Below, one piece after another: positions 1 to 8,266 of a stretch of 64,000 nt of DNA. The stretch spans positions 169,184 to 233,183 of the forward strand of contig JAZKEU010000008.1 of NCBI GenBank assembly GCA_040386775.1, in the 5' to 3' direction. A program made the position numbers and the translations under genes. The stretch comes from Bdellovibrionota bacterium (GTDB taxonomy: Bacteria > Bdellovibrionota > Bdellovibrionia > Bdellovibrionales > JAEYZS01). The notes beneath the pieces are model-generated. The model ran no database searches and was not told the DNA's origin. It worked only from the letters and a program-made list of their open reading frames with translations. Position 1 is the first letter of the stretch, and each line of letters begins with the position of its first letter.

Positions 1-369
1 TCCCCAAGTCGAATCTTCAACCTCTTTCACTGCCAGCGCCGGCATATGAATATGAAAAGGTACCCCTTAGTTTTTCGCACTGTCATTACGTCAATATCCA
101 AAAAGTGCCCTGCACCTTTATGTGTCGCAATTGCGTTATTTAAAAATTTTTCAGAAATTTATTGACGAGTTTCTTGGTTGATTAGGAGGCTTGAGTTGAA
201 TTTACTTTTTCTTTCCTTTGGTTTTTATGATTTTATTCAATCGTTACAATCTAAGACAGATAAGAAAGCGTAAATCCATTTTATCAATTACGCTTTCGCT
301 TTTCAAAATCGCTAAAAATTGAATTCTTAAAACATATGATATGTTCTTCTTCATTCAAAGGAGAAACGC

Positions 370-1407
370 ATGAACTTTAGAAACTTATCAGATGCCGATC
401 TAGAAATATCACTTAAACAATCTGTCGCTGATGAAACTCATCATAAAATTATTGTTCTTCATAAATTAGCAGAATTAGAAAGAAGAAGGCTTTATTCTAA
501 GGATCACCCTTCATTGTTTGAATATTGCGTGAGAGTTCTAAAGTATTCTGCTTCTAGTGCTCAAAGAAGAATCGATACCATGAGAGCCCTGAAACTGATC
601 CCAGAGATAGAACAAAAGATCATCTCAGGAGAATTAAACTTAACTTCCATATCTCAAGCACAAAGCTTTTTTAGAAATGAAGCAAAATCCGGGAAGAGCT
701 ATAACTTAGTAGAAAAGAAAGAGGTTTTAGAAAAACTAGAGAATAAATCCACAAGAGAATGTATAAAAGAACTCATCACAATTTCTCCTCAAAGTGTGCC
801 TCAAGAAAGAAGAAGAGAATTAACCATTGATAAGACCGAACTTAAGGTGGTTCTAAATAAAGATCTCATCTCAAAGCTAGATAAGATTAAAGCTCTCATG
901 TCCCACAAGAATCCAAATATGACAGATCAAGAATTGATAGAAGCAATGGCAGAGATCGTCATTAAAAAGATTGATCCCATAGAAAAAATAAAAAGAATAG
1001 AGATGAGAAAAACCAAAATCGAATCACTACCGGTGCCGGTATTAAAAAAGACAACTGCACAAAAAGCAACACATCAACAAAGTAAAAATATTCTTGAGAC
1101 CAAGCCCGCAGGGTCGAGACTGGATGCCTCGAGTCTCAAGAATCGACAACCAAGGAAGGGCGTCAGTCCAAGATACATCCTCTCCGCGATAAAGCAAGCC
1201 GTCTACAAGAGAGACAAAGGCCAGTGCACTCACAAGAACTGCAACTCAAACAAGTTTCTCGAATACGACCACATCATACCACTAGCAATGGGAGGGGAGA
1301 CCGCAATTCAAAATCTCAGGCTACTTTGCAGAACGCACAACCAAAGAGCTGCCATCGAAAAGTTTGGATTCCAAAAGATGCAGCAATATTTTAAAAGCAA
1401 AACTTGA
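370..1407 (+). CDS. HNH endonuclease family protein (helical N-terminal region plus C-terminal HNH nuclease)
   Basis: 345-aa ORF with AAGGAG 6 nt upstream of the ATG. The C-terminus reads CTHKNC...EYDHIIPLAMGG...NLRLLCRTHNQ, the classic HNH/His-Me finger pattern. Confidence 0.75.
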   Translation: MNFRNLSDADLEISLKQSVADETHHKIIVLHKLAELERRRLYSKDHPSLFEYCVRVLKYSASSAQRRIDTMRALKLIPEIEQKIISGELNLTSISQAQSFFRNEAKSGKSYNLVEKKEVLEKLENKSTRECIKELITISPQSVPQERRRELTIDKTELKVVLNKDLISKLDKIKALMSHKNPNMTDQELIEAMAEIVIKKIDPIEKIKRIEMRKTKIESLPVPVLKKTTAQKATHQQSKNILETKPAGSRLDASSLKNRQPRKGVSPRYILSAIKQAVYKRDKGQCTHKNCNSNKFLEYDHIIPLAMGGETAIQNLRLLCRTHNQRAAIEKFGFQKMQQYFKSKT

Positions 1408-1412
1408 ATGAA

Positions 1413-1829
1413 TTAAAGTCTCTGGATTTTTCCTGAGCAATACATAATTTCATTCTCAGCGAGGTTAAATTTTTTCTTATACATAAATCTATTTATTTTT
1501 AAATTTATTTCTAGAGAATCTTCTTCCTTAGATTGTTGGTCGAAATTAATGATATTTTGGGCAATCCAGGTAGTATTATTTTTTAATAAATTTTGAGCGG
1601 GGCCAGTGTTTCTTGTAATTTCACTTTGGCCATACATACATAATTTTAAAGTGTACTGAGCCTGCACTTCTGATTCAGGACATTCCGCTGGTGCGTCAGA
1701 GTCCAATTGCAAATAGACATTGATGTCTCCGCATATCGGAAGTCCTCCGCTACCATTTCCCTCATTCCCGGATAAAGCGAAGCATGAAAAAAGCAATGTT
1801 GTCGCGAAAACTAAGAATTTTAAATTCAT
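1413..1829 (-). CDS. exported hypothetical protein
   Basis: N-terminal signal peptide MNLKFLVFATTLLFSCFALSG and AGAGGA just upstream of the ATG. No recognisable catalytic motif. Confidence 0.5.
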   Translation of the reverse strand: MNLKFLVFATTLLFSCFALSGNEGNGSGGLPICGDINVYLQLDSDAPAECPESEVQAQYTLKLCMYGQSEITRNTGPAQNLLKNNTTWIAQNIINFDQQSKEEDSLEINLKINRFMYKKKFNLAENEIMYCSGKIQRL

Positions 1830-1840
1830 GTATCCTCTTT

Positions 1841-2623
1841 TTATTTTTTCGTAAGATCTGTCAAAGGAAATAAAGCGACACTTAATTGATAAACTTCATC
1901 TCCATCTTTTATCGTGTCAAATTGTTCGTGAAATTGTTTTCTAAATCTAGAAATCAGTTTTTTCATTTTATTGATATCTTTAGTTTTAATTGCCAGGGTA
2001 AGTCCAGAATTATCTCTTTCTTCGAGCTTAATATTTTTTATAGAAGATACCGATTTTTCTAAAAATTGAATTTGATTTCTTTTTCTGGCCTCAGAAGTTC
2101 TTTCGTCATTCACATGAGTAGTAAATTTATTTGAAAGGTCTTCCCACTTGTTTTTACTTATCTTTAATAAATTTACACGCTGCAATCTCTCAATAGCAGA
2201 TTGAACCTCCATAAGAGGTATGGATAATCTTTTGGAAATCCATTTTGCGGAAGGTACAAAATTCTTTGTCCTCATCAGATTCAATATTGCATAATGATAC
2301 CAGTCTTGAATGAGATTGAACCGATCCTCACTTATTTGATCATAAGATTTATGATTTACTGAAAGTCCAGATTTTTCTCTAATTAGATCTAACTGATGAT
2401 CTCCTATATCTTGTAAAGACAAATCTAGTTTTAATCCTGTTTTCTCAATAAGATTAAGGGTAACTGACTTTTTACCATTCAATACAAGAGATAAAATTGC
2501 AGGGGATACATCCAATTGGCGAGCAAAAGCTCTCAAGGAATAATTAGCATTCTTCTTTGTTCTGAGATGAAACTCTTCGCGAAGATATCTTCTGTATACT
2601 TTTCCTACGCATTGCTTTTCCAT
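1841..2623 (-). CDS. TIGR02147-family putative HTH regulator
   Basis: The N-terminus YRRYLREEF...NYSLRAFARQLDVSPAILSLVLNGKKSVT matches my recollection of the TIGR02147 (Fibrobacter/Bdellovibrio paralogous) family. Size of 260 aa is typical. Confidence 0.65.
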   Translation of the reverse strand: MEKQCVGKVYRRYLREEFHLRTKKNANYSLRAFARQLDVSPAILSLVLNGKKSVTLNLIEKTGLKLDLSLQDIGDHQLDLIREKSGLSVNHKSYDQISEDRFNLIQDWYHYAILNLMRTKNFVPSAKWISKRLSIPLMEVQSAIERLQRVNLLKISKNKWEDLSNKFTTHVNDERTSEARKRNQIQFLEKSVSSIKNIKLEERDNSGLTLAIKTKDINKMKKLISRFRKQFHEQFDTIKDGDEVYQLSVALFPLTDLTKK

Positions 2624-2667
2624 AGAATACTTTTATACACATTAATCTTTAATTATGCCCAGTTTAA

Positions 2668-2695
2668 GTAAACAAAGTGTTTACATTTGTAAACA
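2668..2695. promoter_or_regulatory. three alternating GTAAACA/TGTTTAC half-sites (overlapping palindromes) in a divergent promoter region
   Basis: GTAAACA (2668-2674), TGTTTACA (2678-2685) and TGTAAACA (2688-2695) form two overlapping perfect palindromes. A fourth TAAACA lies at 2760-2765. The site sits between the TIGR02147 gene (-) and the 2842 gene (+). Confidence 0.4.
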
Positions 2696-2841
2696 TTGAA
2701 AATTTTTATAATTTTCGGCTAGTATTTATACACCTGAAAAAAATTCTCGTTTATCTTTATAAACACTTAATTTCTTTAAAGATAGTGGTTTATTCCTGCG
2801 TAGTTTAAATTGCCGTCAACAGCAATTAAAGGAGAAGTTTT

Positions 2842-3228
2842 ATGAAAGCATTGGTTTTATCATTTATGGTTTTAGTAACAACCTTTCAAGCATGGGCGGG
2901 CAGAGAAGGCGGCAGTCTTTCTGATTATGAAAGAAGCGTTGAAATAATCAGAGATCTCTATACAAATCATCAAGTGAGGTTTTTAAATTATGAAATAACA
3001 AGTCATAGATACATTTTTAGTCAGGAATCTGAAATCGCCTACTTGAACCTTCTAACAAAGTCACTAGAACTTAGAGCCGATCAAAATAAATGGACCTGCT
3101 CAGAATTGCTAAAAGCTATAAAGGACGTAGATTCATTAATAAAATTAGGCGCAATTACAATAGAACCTAACTACGCTGGCAATTATGAATTTGCTATAAT
3201 TTATTTAAAAAATGAGTGCCCTCAGTAG
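2842..3228 (+). CDS. exported hypothetical protein
   Basis: AAGGAG SD and signal peptide MKALVLSFMVLVTTFQAWA. No known motif. Confidence 0.5.
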   Translation: MKALVLSFMVLVTTFQAWAGREGGSLSDYERSVEIIRDLYTNHQVRFLNYEITSHRYIFSQESEIAYLNLLTKSLELRADQNKWTCSELLKAIKDVDSLIKLGAITIEPNYAGNYEFAIIYLKNECPQ

Positions 3229-3243
3229 ATACAAAATTAAAGC

Positions 3244-4908
3244 TTAGCTCGCTTTAGAGGAAACTGCTGCCACGGCGCTGGGAATTTCGAAAATGAAGCG
3301 CGTTTCATTTTCTGTGGCGCTTTCTGCCCAAATTGATCCTTTGTGATGTTCTATAATTTCTTTGCAAATTGGAAGACCGAGTCCTGTTCCTCCGGAACCA
3401 TTTTGAGTTCTACTGCTCTGAGCAAACTTATCGAAGATCAATTGAAGTTCTTCAGCAGGTATTCCTACACCTTTATTTGAAATAGAGCATCTGACTTTTT
3501 CATGTAAGAGTTCTACTTTGATTTGTATAGCTGTATTTTTTGTAGAAAATTTTATTGCGTTTGAAAGTAGATTGCGTATTACTTGCATGAGTCGGTCGGA
3601 ATCAAAAATTGCAAATGCTGATTCTTCAGAAATTTCGATTCGCAATCCTTTTTCACTGGCAAAAGCACTCATCTCTGAACTCACGATTCGAGCCATATTC
3701 AGAAGATCGCCCTCTGAGTACGAGTAAGTCATCTTTCCTGACTCCATCTTTGCGAGATCAAGGAGATCATTGAGTAGCGACATCAATCTCGAACCACTAT
3801 CATAAATTTCATCAAAATAACTTTTCAGTTTTTCTTTAGAGCTTTGTTCAATCTTTTGCTGTCCAAAGCGTGCAAAACTCAAAATGCCATGCATCGGAGT
3901 TCTAAGCTCGTGAGACATGTTGGCTAGAAACTCCGACTTGGCTCGATTTGCTCTTTCTGCAATTTCTCTTTCGGCCTTTAATTTATCGATATTTTTTATT
4001 TCATTGAGAGCGTTTTGGAGTACTGAGCTTTGTCTTTCCAATTCTAAGGTTCGTGCTTTTACTTTATTTTCTAAATTTTCGTTCAATTCTTCCAATTGTG
4101 AAGTTGTTTTTTGTAAGCGAAGAAATATTGATGAAAGAGCAAACACTAAGAATGCACAAATAAAAATGAGTGCTGCACGATAGTATGATGCAATTTTTTC
4201 TTCATGAGAGAACCATTTTAAATATTTACTTTCTAAGCCATGAATTGCTTTTTTAACACGGTCTGAAAGAATTTCGACTTCAAGCGTCTGACGAGCTCTT
4301 GCCTGATTTGTAACAGTATCAGTATGAAAAATAAAATTTTTAATGATTTCTACATTTGCTTTACTCAAAGAAGATGTTTTTCGTAGATCGTCGAGATGAA
4401 ATTGAATTTCTTTAACAAGTTCATCTCTTGGGTTTAAACTATATCGATAGGTCTCATTGAGCAAAATTTCTATTTTTGCTCTCAAGCCAGAAGGCTTTAC
4501 TTGTTTTGCGAGAACGGGTAGGTACCTAATCGAACTTTTCAATACCGAATTTCTAGATTTGAATTGCTCGATATTTAAAGCTTTGAGTTGGATTGCCTCA
4601 CAATAAGTGTTAATAGATTCTAATAACTCAAGACTCTCATATGTCCTTTGCAGTCCTTCACAAATATGCTTTGATCGATTGATATTTTTCACCACTGAAT
4701 CGTAATTTTCTAAAACAAAAGTTCTAAGGCGCAAGATATCTTCATTCAATTTGTGATCAATATTTTTCAATTCACTTAAAGTAGAAAGAGTATTGTGTCG
4801 GCTTTCTAAGCTTTCTTCTTTTGATTTATTTGTAGTAAACACCATCACAGCAAGTGTTATAAGTATAACAATTAAATACAAATTACTTTTACTTGCTATT
4901 TTCGCCAC
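3244..4908 (-). CDS. membrane sensor histidine kinase (orphan, no adjacent response regulator)
   Basis: Two TM segments flank a ~220-aa extracytoplasmic region, followed by a coiled coil. H-box SHELRTPMHGI, N-box LLSNAIKFS and G-box GTGLGLPICKEI are present. The start overlaps the upstream peroxidase gene by 20 nt. Confidence 0.9.
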   Translation of the reverse strand: MAKIASKSNLYLIVILITLAVMVFTTNKSKEESLESRHNTLSTLSELKNIDHKLNEDILRLRTFVLENYDSVVKNINRSKHICEGLQRTYESLELLESINTYCEAIQLKALNIEQFKSRNSVLKSSIRYLPVLAKQVKPSGLRAKIEILLNETYRYSLNPRDELVKEIQFHLDDLRKTSSLSKANVEIIKNFIFHTDTVTNQARARQTLEVEILSDRVKKAIHGLESKYLKWFSHEEKIASYYRAALIFICAFLVFALSSIFLRLQKTTSQLEELNENLENKVKARTLELERQSSVLQNALNEIKNIDKLKAEREIAERANRAKSEFLANMSHELRTPMHGILSFARFGQQKIEQSSKEKLKSYFDEIYDSGSRLMSLLNDLLDLAKMESGKMTYSYSEGDLLNMARIVSSEMSAFASEKGLRIEISEESAFAIFDSDRLMQVIRNLLSNAIKFSTKNTAIQIKVELLHEKVRCSISNKGVGIPAEELQLIFDKFAQSSRTQNGSGGTGLGLPICKEIIEHHKGSIWAESATENETRFIFEIPSAVAAVSSKAS

Positions 4909-5986
4909 TGCGGGCTCCTTGAGAAGTACTCTCGTTGATGGTATCAGGAGCTTTTCCTGTTAGTGATTTAAGAAAAGCGACAATTGCATCCGTATCTTCT
5001 TTACTCAGCGATCGGCCCAACTGAAAGCGTGCCATTTTTTTCACAGCTTCCTCAAGTGTCTTTACTGCGCCATCATGGAAATAAGGTGCCGTCAGCTCTA
5101 CATTTCGAAGGCTTGGAACTCGAAAGGTGTGTTTGTCCATCTCATTTTTAGTAATATTGTAGCGACCTAAGTCAGAAGGATAAGACCCACCACGTTCTTT
5201 AAAGTAATCACCGGCAATGCCCATAGTTTGAAACATATTGCCTCCAATATTTTGCCCTTGATGGCAAGCAACGCATCCATAGGAACTAAATTTTTTGTAA
5301 CCAGAAATTTGGAGTTCAGTAAGTGCCGCAGTATCACCTTTTAGATATTTATCGAATGGTGCATCTAATGTGATCAGAGTTTTTTCAAATTCAACAATCG
5401 AATCTACAATATTTTTTTGATTGATTCCATCGCTATAAACTTTTGAAAATAACTGTTCAAGCTTGCTGTCCTTATTTAGCTTTCCAACGATCTCAGGCCA
5501 ATTGGATCCCATCTCTTTTGGATTATGGATAGGGCTTTCTGCCTGTTCGGATAAGGTCTCAGCTCGACCATCCCAAAATTGTCGGAAGTTCAATGCACTA
5601 TTAAAAACAGTAGGAGTATTTGCATCACCAATTGATCCGTCAATTCCAATAGCAAATTGTCGATTATCTGCTCCGCCATGCATGAGATTGTGGCAAGAAG
5701 CACAAGAAACCGTATTATTTTTTGATAACCTCTGATCGTTAAAAAGAAGACGTCCTATTTCAATTTTTGTAGGATTGTATTTTTTTGGAGCCCGAAGAGG
5801 ACCAAAAATACCGCTCATCTCAATTTCTTCTTCATCTATTTTTTCTGATAAATCAACATTAGAAGGTGAGCGAGCTGTTGTCTTGAATTTTGTAATGCCA
5901 AATTGAGTTATAACCACTATTGCAACAAGCATCAGAGTAAGGAAGAGTTTTTTTGTGAATGACATACTCAACCAATTTAGTTTCAT
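4889..5986 (-). CDS. ccp: di-haem cytochrome c peroxidase (CCP/MauG family)
   Basis: Two CxxCH haem motifs (CASCH, CVACH) plus the family signature PSLRNVELTAPYFHDG, with an N-terminal membrane/signal segment. Confidence 0.9.
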   Translation of the reverse strand: MKLNWLSMSFTKKLFLTLMLVAIVVITQFGITKFKTTARSPSNVDLSEKIDEEEIEMSGIFGPLRAPKKYNPTKIEIGRLLFNDQRLSKNNTVSCASCHNLMHGGADNRQFAIGIDGSIGDANTPTVFNSALNFRQFWDGRAETLSEQAESPIHNPKEMGSNWPEIVGKLNKDSKLEQLFSKVYSDGINQKNIVDSIVEFEKTLITLDAPFDKYLKGDTAALTELQISGYKKFSSYGCVACHQGQNIGGNMFQTMGIAGDYFKERGGSYPSDLGRYNITKNEMDKHTFRVPSLRNVELTAPYFHDGAVKTLEEAVKKMARFQLGRSLSKEDTDAIVAFLKSLTGKAPDTINESTSQGARSGENSK

Positions 5987-6051
5987 CTATCTAGATCGGC
6001 TAAAGAATATTAGAACTTGAGTTAAAGACTGTGCTTAAAGTATCAAAATCC

Positions 6052-8238
6052 CTAGAGTCTTCCAAATGGAAATCCAATATTTGGAATTGTGTTTTGACCG
6101 TTCGTAGCCACTGGGAACTTCATGTCTTTAAAGATCGCAGTGACACATTTATTCAAGTTGTCGCCACTAGAAATATCTGATTTCTTAACCTTTGCCCACT
6201 GAACAGCACCTTTGGCCGAAATTTCCCATTCATATTCTACGCGACCTGCAAGTCCCGGAGTATCGATCAAAGATCTTTCATAACACTGTTGAATCTGAGT
6301 CATGTAGCGCTTCACAACGTCCATCACTTGCGATCTTGATAATCCATCCTCTTTTCCAAGACGAACCAAAGAAGGAGCACCAACAACAGTTCCGGCAACA
6401 GCTCTAGATCCAGCGGTTCCTTTTATCCCTTGAACACCGTATCCAGTTCCTGTTCCGTAACCTAAACCTTTTGTTTTAACAGAGGCTAATCCTCCTGCTG
6501 CTAATTTTCCAGACTTAGTTTTGAGTGTACCAATGACACCACCAGTGTTGAGGGCAGTTTGGCCCCCAGCATTTTTGTTGATGTTGATTGCAACTGGGAC
6601 ATCAGACGGCGGAGTGTTGGATGAAACGGCACTGAGTGCAGCAAGAGCTCCAACAGCTTGGATGTTTTTTACAACTGGTTTTTCTGCAACCTTCATGGGT
6701 TTTTCAACTTCTACTGGGTATTTGTTTACCTTCATGAGAAGTTTAGACTTCTGAAGTCTTACAACCTTTTTAGGCTTCGGTTGTTTTTCTACAATTTTCT
6801 TTTCTGGTTTTGGCTCTGGTTTTTTCTGAGCCACTTTTTCTTTTGGTGGTTCAGGTTTTTTCTCTTCTGGTGGTGGAGGAGGCGGTTTTTGCTCTATGAT
6901 AAGCCTCGCAACACGTTCTTGCATAATTTTTTGCGGAGATTCAGGTTCTTTTGTCTTTGTTAAAAAAATAACTGCGAGAATAAACATCTCAATTGCAGCG
7001 ATCACCATTCCTGGAGTTTTCATTTCCTCGTCTTTGATGAGACGCATTTGATTTGAAAGCTGCCTAGGAGCTGGAGCGTATCTTAAGTGAATAGATACAT
7101 CGGGAGTTAGTTTTACAGAAACAAGTTCTGCTGGACCTAGCTTTAAAGTATAGTAATTCTTCTTTCGGGTAACAGTGGGACTGAATGCAGACTCCTCAAA
7201 AGAGTAAGACTTTGATTCATTTTCGCTGACATAACTTTCTAAGGCAAATTGCAAATTCTGCGGAATAAATACTTGGGTATTCATTCCGTCAAACTTTGCA
7301 AGATTTAGATTTTTATTCAAGACGGGGATATCTACAGTTGCAGAGGATCCTGGCCCAATAATTACATCATCGCCAGCGTAGAATTGATGGAGATCATAAA
7401 TTTGATCTTTCCACGTCACATAACTTTCCAAAACTCGTTGCTGAGGTCGCAATTGCGCGGCTTGATGATGATAAGTCAATTTCTTTGGCGACTCTACTTT
7501 AGGGCGAGCACTGAAAGAAACATTCTTGGCAACGGCAGATTTTTCTTTTTTCTTTTTCGGTTTTACTTGGGAAACTGACGGTTCCTGCTCTTTGTATTTA
7601 AGATCTATCAGAGATTTATCTAAAGGTTTATGTTCACCATTGAAGTGAACCATCTGAGGAATAACGTCTTGAGCTTTTTTTGGAGTCGGACTGAAAGGAA
7701 TGCGAGCTTTTTCTTTAACTTCAGATTTTTCTTGATTGCCAAGTTTTTTTCCAAATTCTGCTTCCATATCTCTTTGATGAGTTTTTGCAGCGTCAACCAC
7801 TGGACAAGCAGCAGCTTTTGGTGGAGTTGGTCTTTTGTTCAGAAGTTCTCTCACTGGAGTTTTTTCATCTTCAGGATCATAAGCTTCAACCACAGTCGGT
7901 TGATCTTCGAGAGGTCTTTCAAGTTGTAATTGAATTAAAATTTCTCCAATTTCGACTTGTGAAGAATTTAAGATGATCGCTTGCTTAACTCTCTTTCCTT
8001 CAAAGAAAATTCCATTGGAACTGTCCAAGTCAGAAACTTCGATGACACCATCATCTGTAACGCTGATTGAGCAGTGTTGACGAGACAAGAAATCAAAATT
8101 CTGTAGTGGAATATCACACTTCGAGCTACGACCTAAAGTGATCGGGCATTCATTGAATACATGCTCAAAAACTATTTCCCCTTTGTGAGAAATAGAGACT
8201 ACTAAAGGATTGGGTAAACTTTTACGATTGTTCATCAC
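6052..8238 (-). CDS. FHA-domain / TM / Pro-Lys linker / AgmX-PglI (TonB-C-like) C-terminal domain protein, GltG(PglI)-like
   Basis: N-terminal FHA pattern (ITLGRSSKCDIPL...SRQHCSI...DLDSSNGIFFEGKRV) and one TM (GMVIAAIEMFILAVIFL). A TonB-like PPPPPPEEKKPEPPKEK linker follows. The C-terminus LSRSQVMDVVKRYMTQIQQCYERSL...GRVEYEWEI...KCVTAIFKDMKFP matches the AgmX/PglI C-terminal domain as I recall it. Confidence 0.7.
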   Translation of the reverse strand: MMNNRKSLPNPLVVSISHKGEIVFEHVFNECPITLGRSSKCDIPLQNFDFLSRQHCSISVTDDGVIEVSDLDSSNGIFFEGKRVKQAIILNSSQVEIGEILIQLQLERPLEDQPTVVEAYDPEDEKTPVRELLNKRPTPPKAAACPVVDAAKTHQRDMEAEFGKKLGNQEKSEVKEKARIPFSPTPKKAQDVIPQMVHFNGEHKPLDKSLIDLKYKEQEPSVSQVKPKKKKEKSAVAKNVSFSARPKVESPKKLTYHHQAAQLRPQQRVLESYVTWKDQIYDLHQFYAGDDVIIGPGSSATVDIPVLNKNLNLAKFDGMNTQVFIPQNLQFALESYVSENESKSYSFEESAFSPTVTRKKNYYTLKLGPAELVSVKLTPDVSIHLRYAPAPRQLSNQMRLIKDEEMKTPGMVIAAIEMFILAVIFLTKTKEPESPQKIMQERVARLIIEQKPPPPPPEEKKPEPPKEKVAQKKPEPKPEKKIVEKQPKPKKVVRLQKSKLLMKVNKYPVEVEKPMKVAEKPVVKNIQAVGALAALSAVSSNTPPSDVPVAININKNAGGQTALNTGGVIGTLKTKSGKLAAGGLASVKTKGLGYGTGTGYGVQGIKGTAGSRAVAGTVVGAPSLVRLGKEDGLSRSQVMDVVKRYMTQIQQCYERSLIDTPGLAGRVEYEWEISAKGAVQWAKVKKSDISSGDNLNKCVTAIFKDMKFPVATNGQNTIPNIGFPFGRL

Positions 8239-8266
8239 TTAAATTATCGGAGGAAGTGTAAGGTTA

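Noticed and set aside
1-45. Start of a minus-strand gene (ATG at 45, MPALAVKEVEDSTWG...) running off the left edge
   Set aside because: Only 15 codons are visible, which is too little to call or name.
3518-4183. Plus-strand ORFs 3518-3727 and 3917-4183, together with similar short antisense ORFs elsewhere (for example 5463-5735, 8732-9175, 22240-23151, 32209-33283, 48657-49319 and 61089-62135)
   Set aside because: All are embedded antisense or out of frame within long CDS that have clear family motifs. None has an SD or a recognisable domain.
6760-6900. Low-complexity T/G-rich repeats with three overlapping plus-strand ORFs (6521-6754, 6658-6963)
   Set aside because: This is the antisense of the Pro/Lys-rich TonB-like linker of the FHA/AgmX protein. 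The plus-strand ORFs are compositional artefacts (F/W/L-rich translations).
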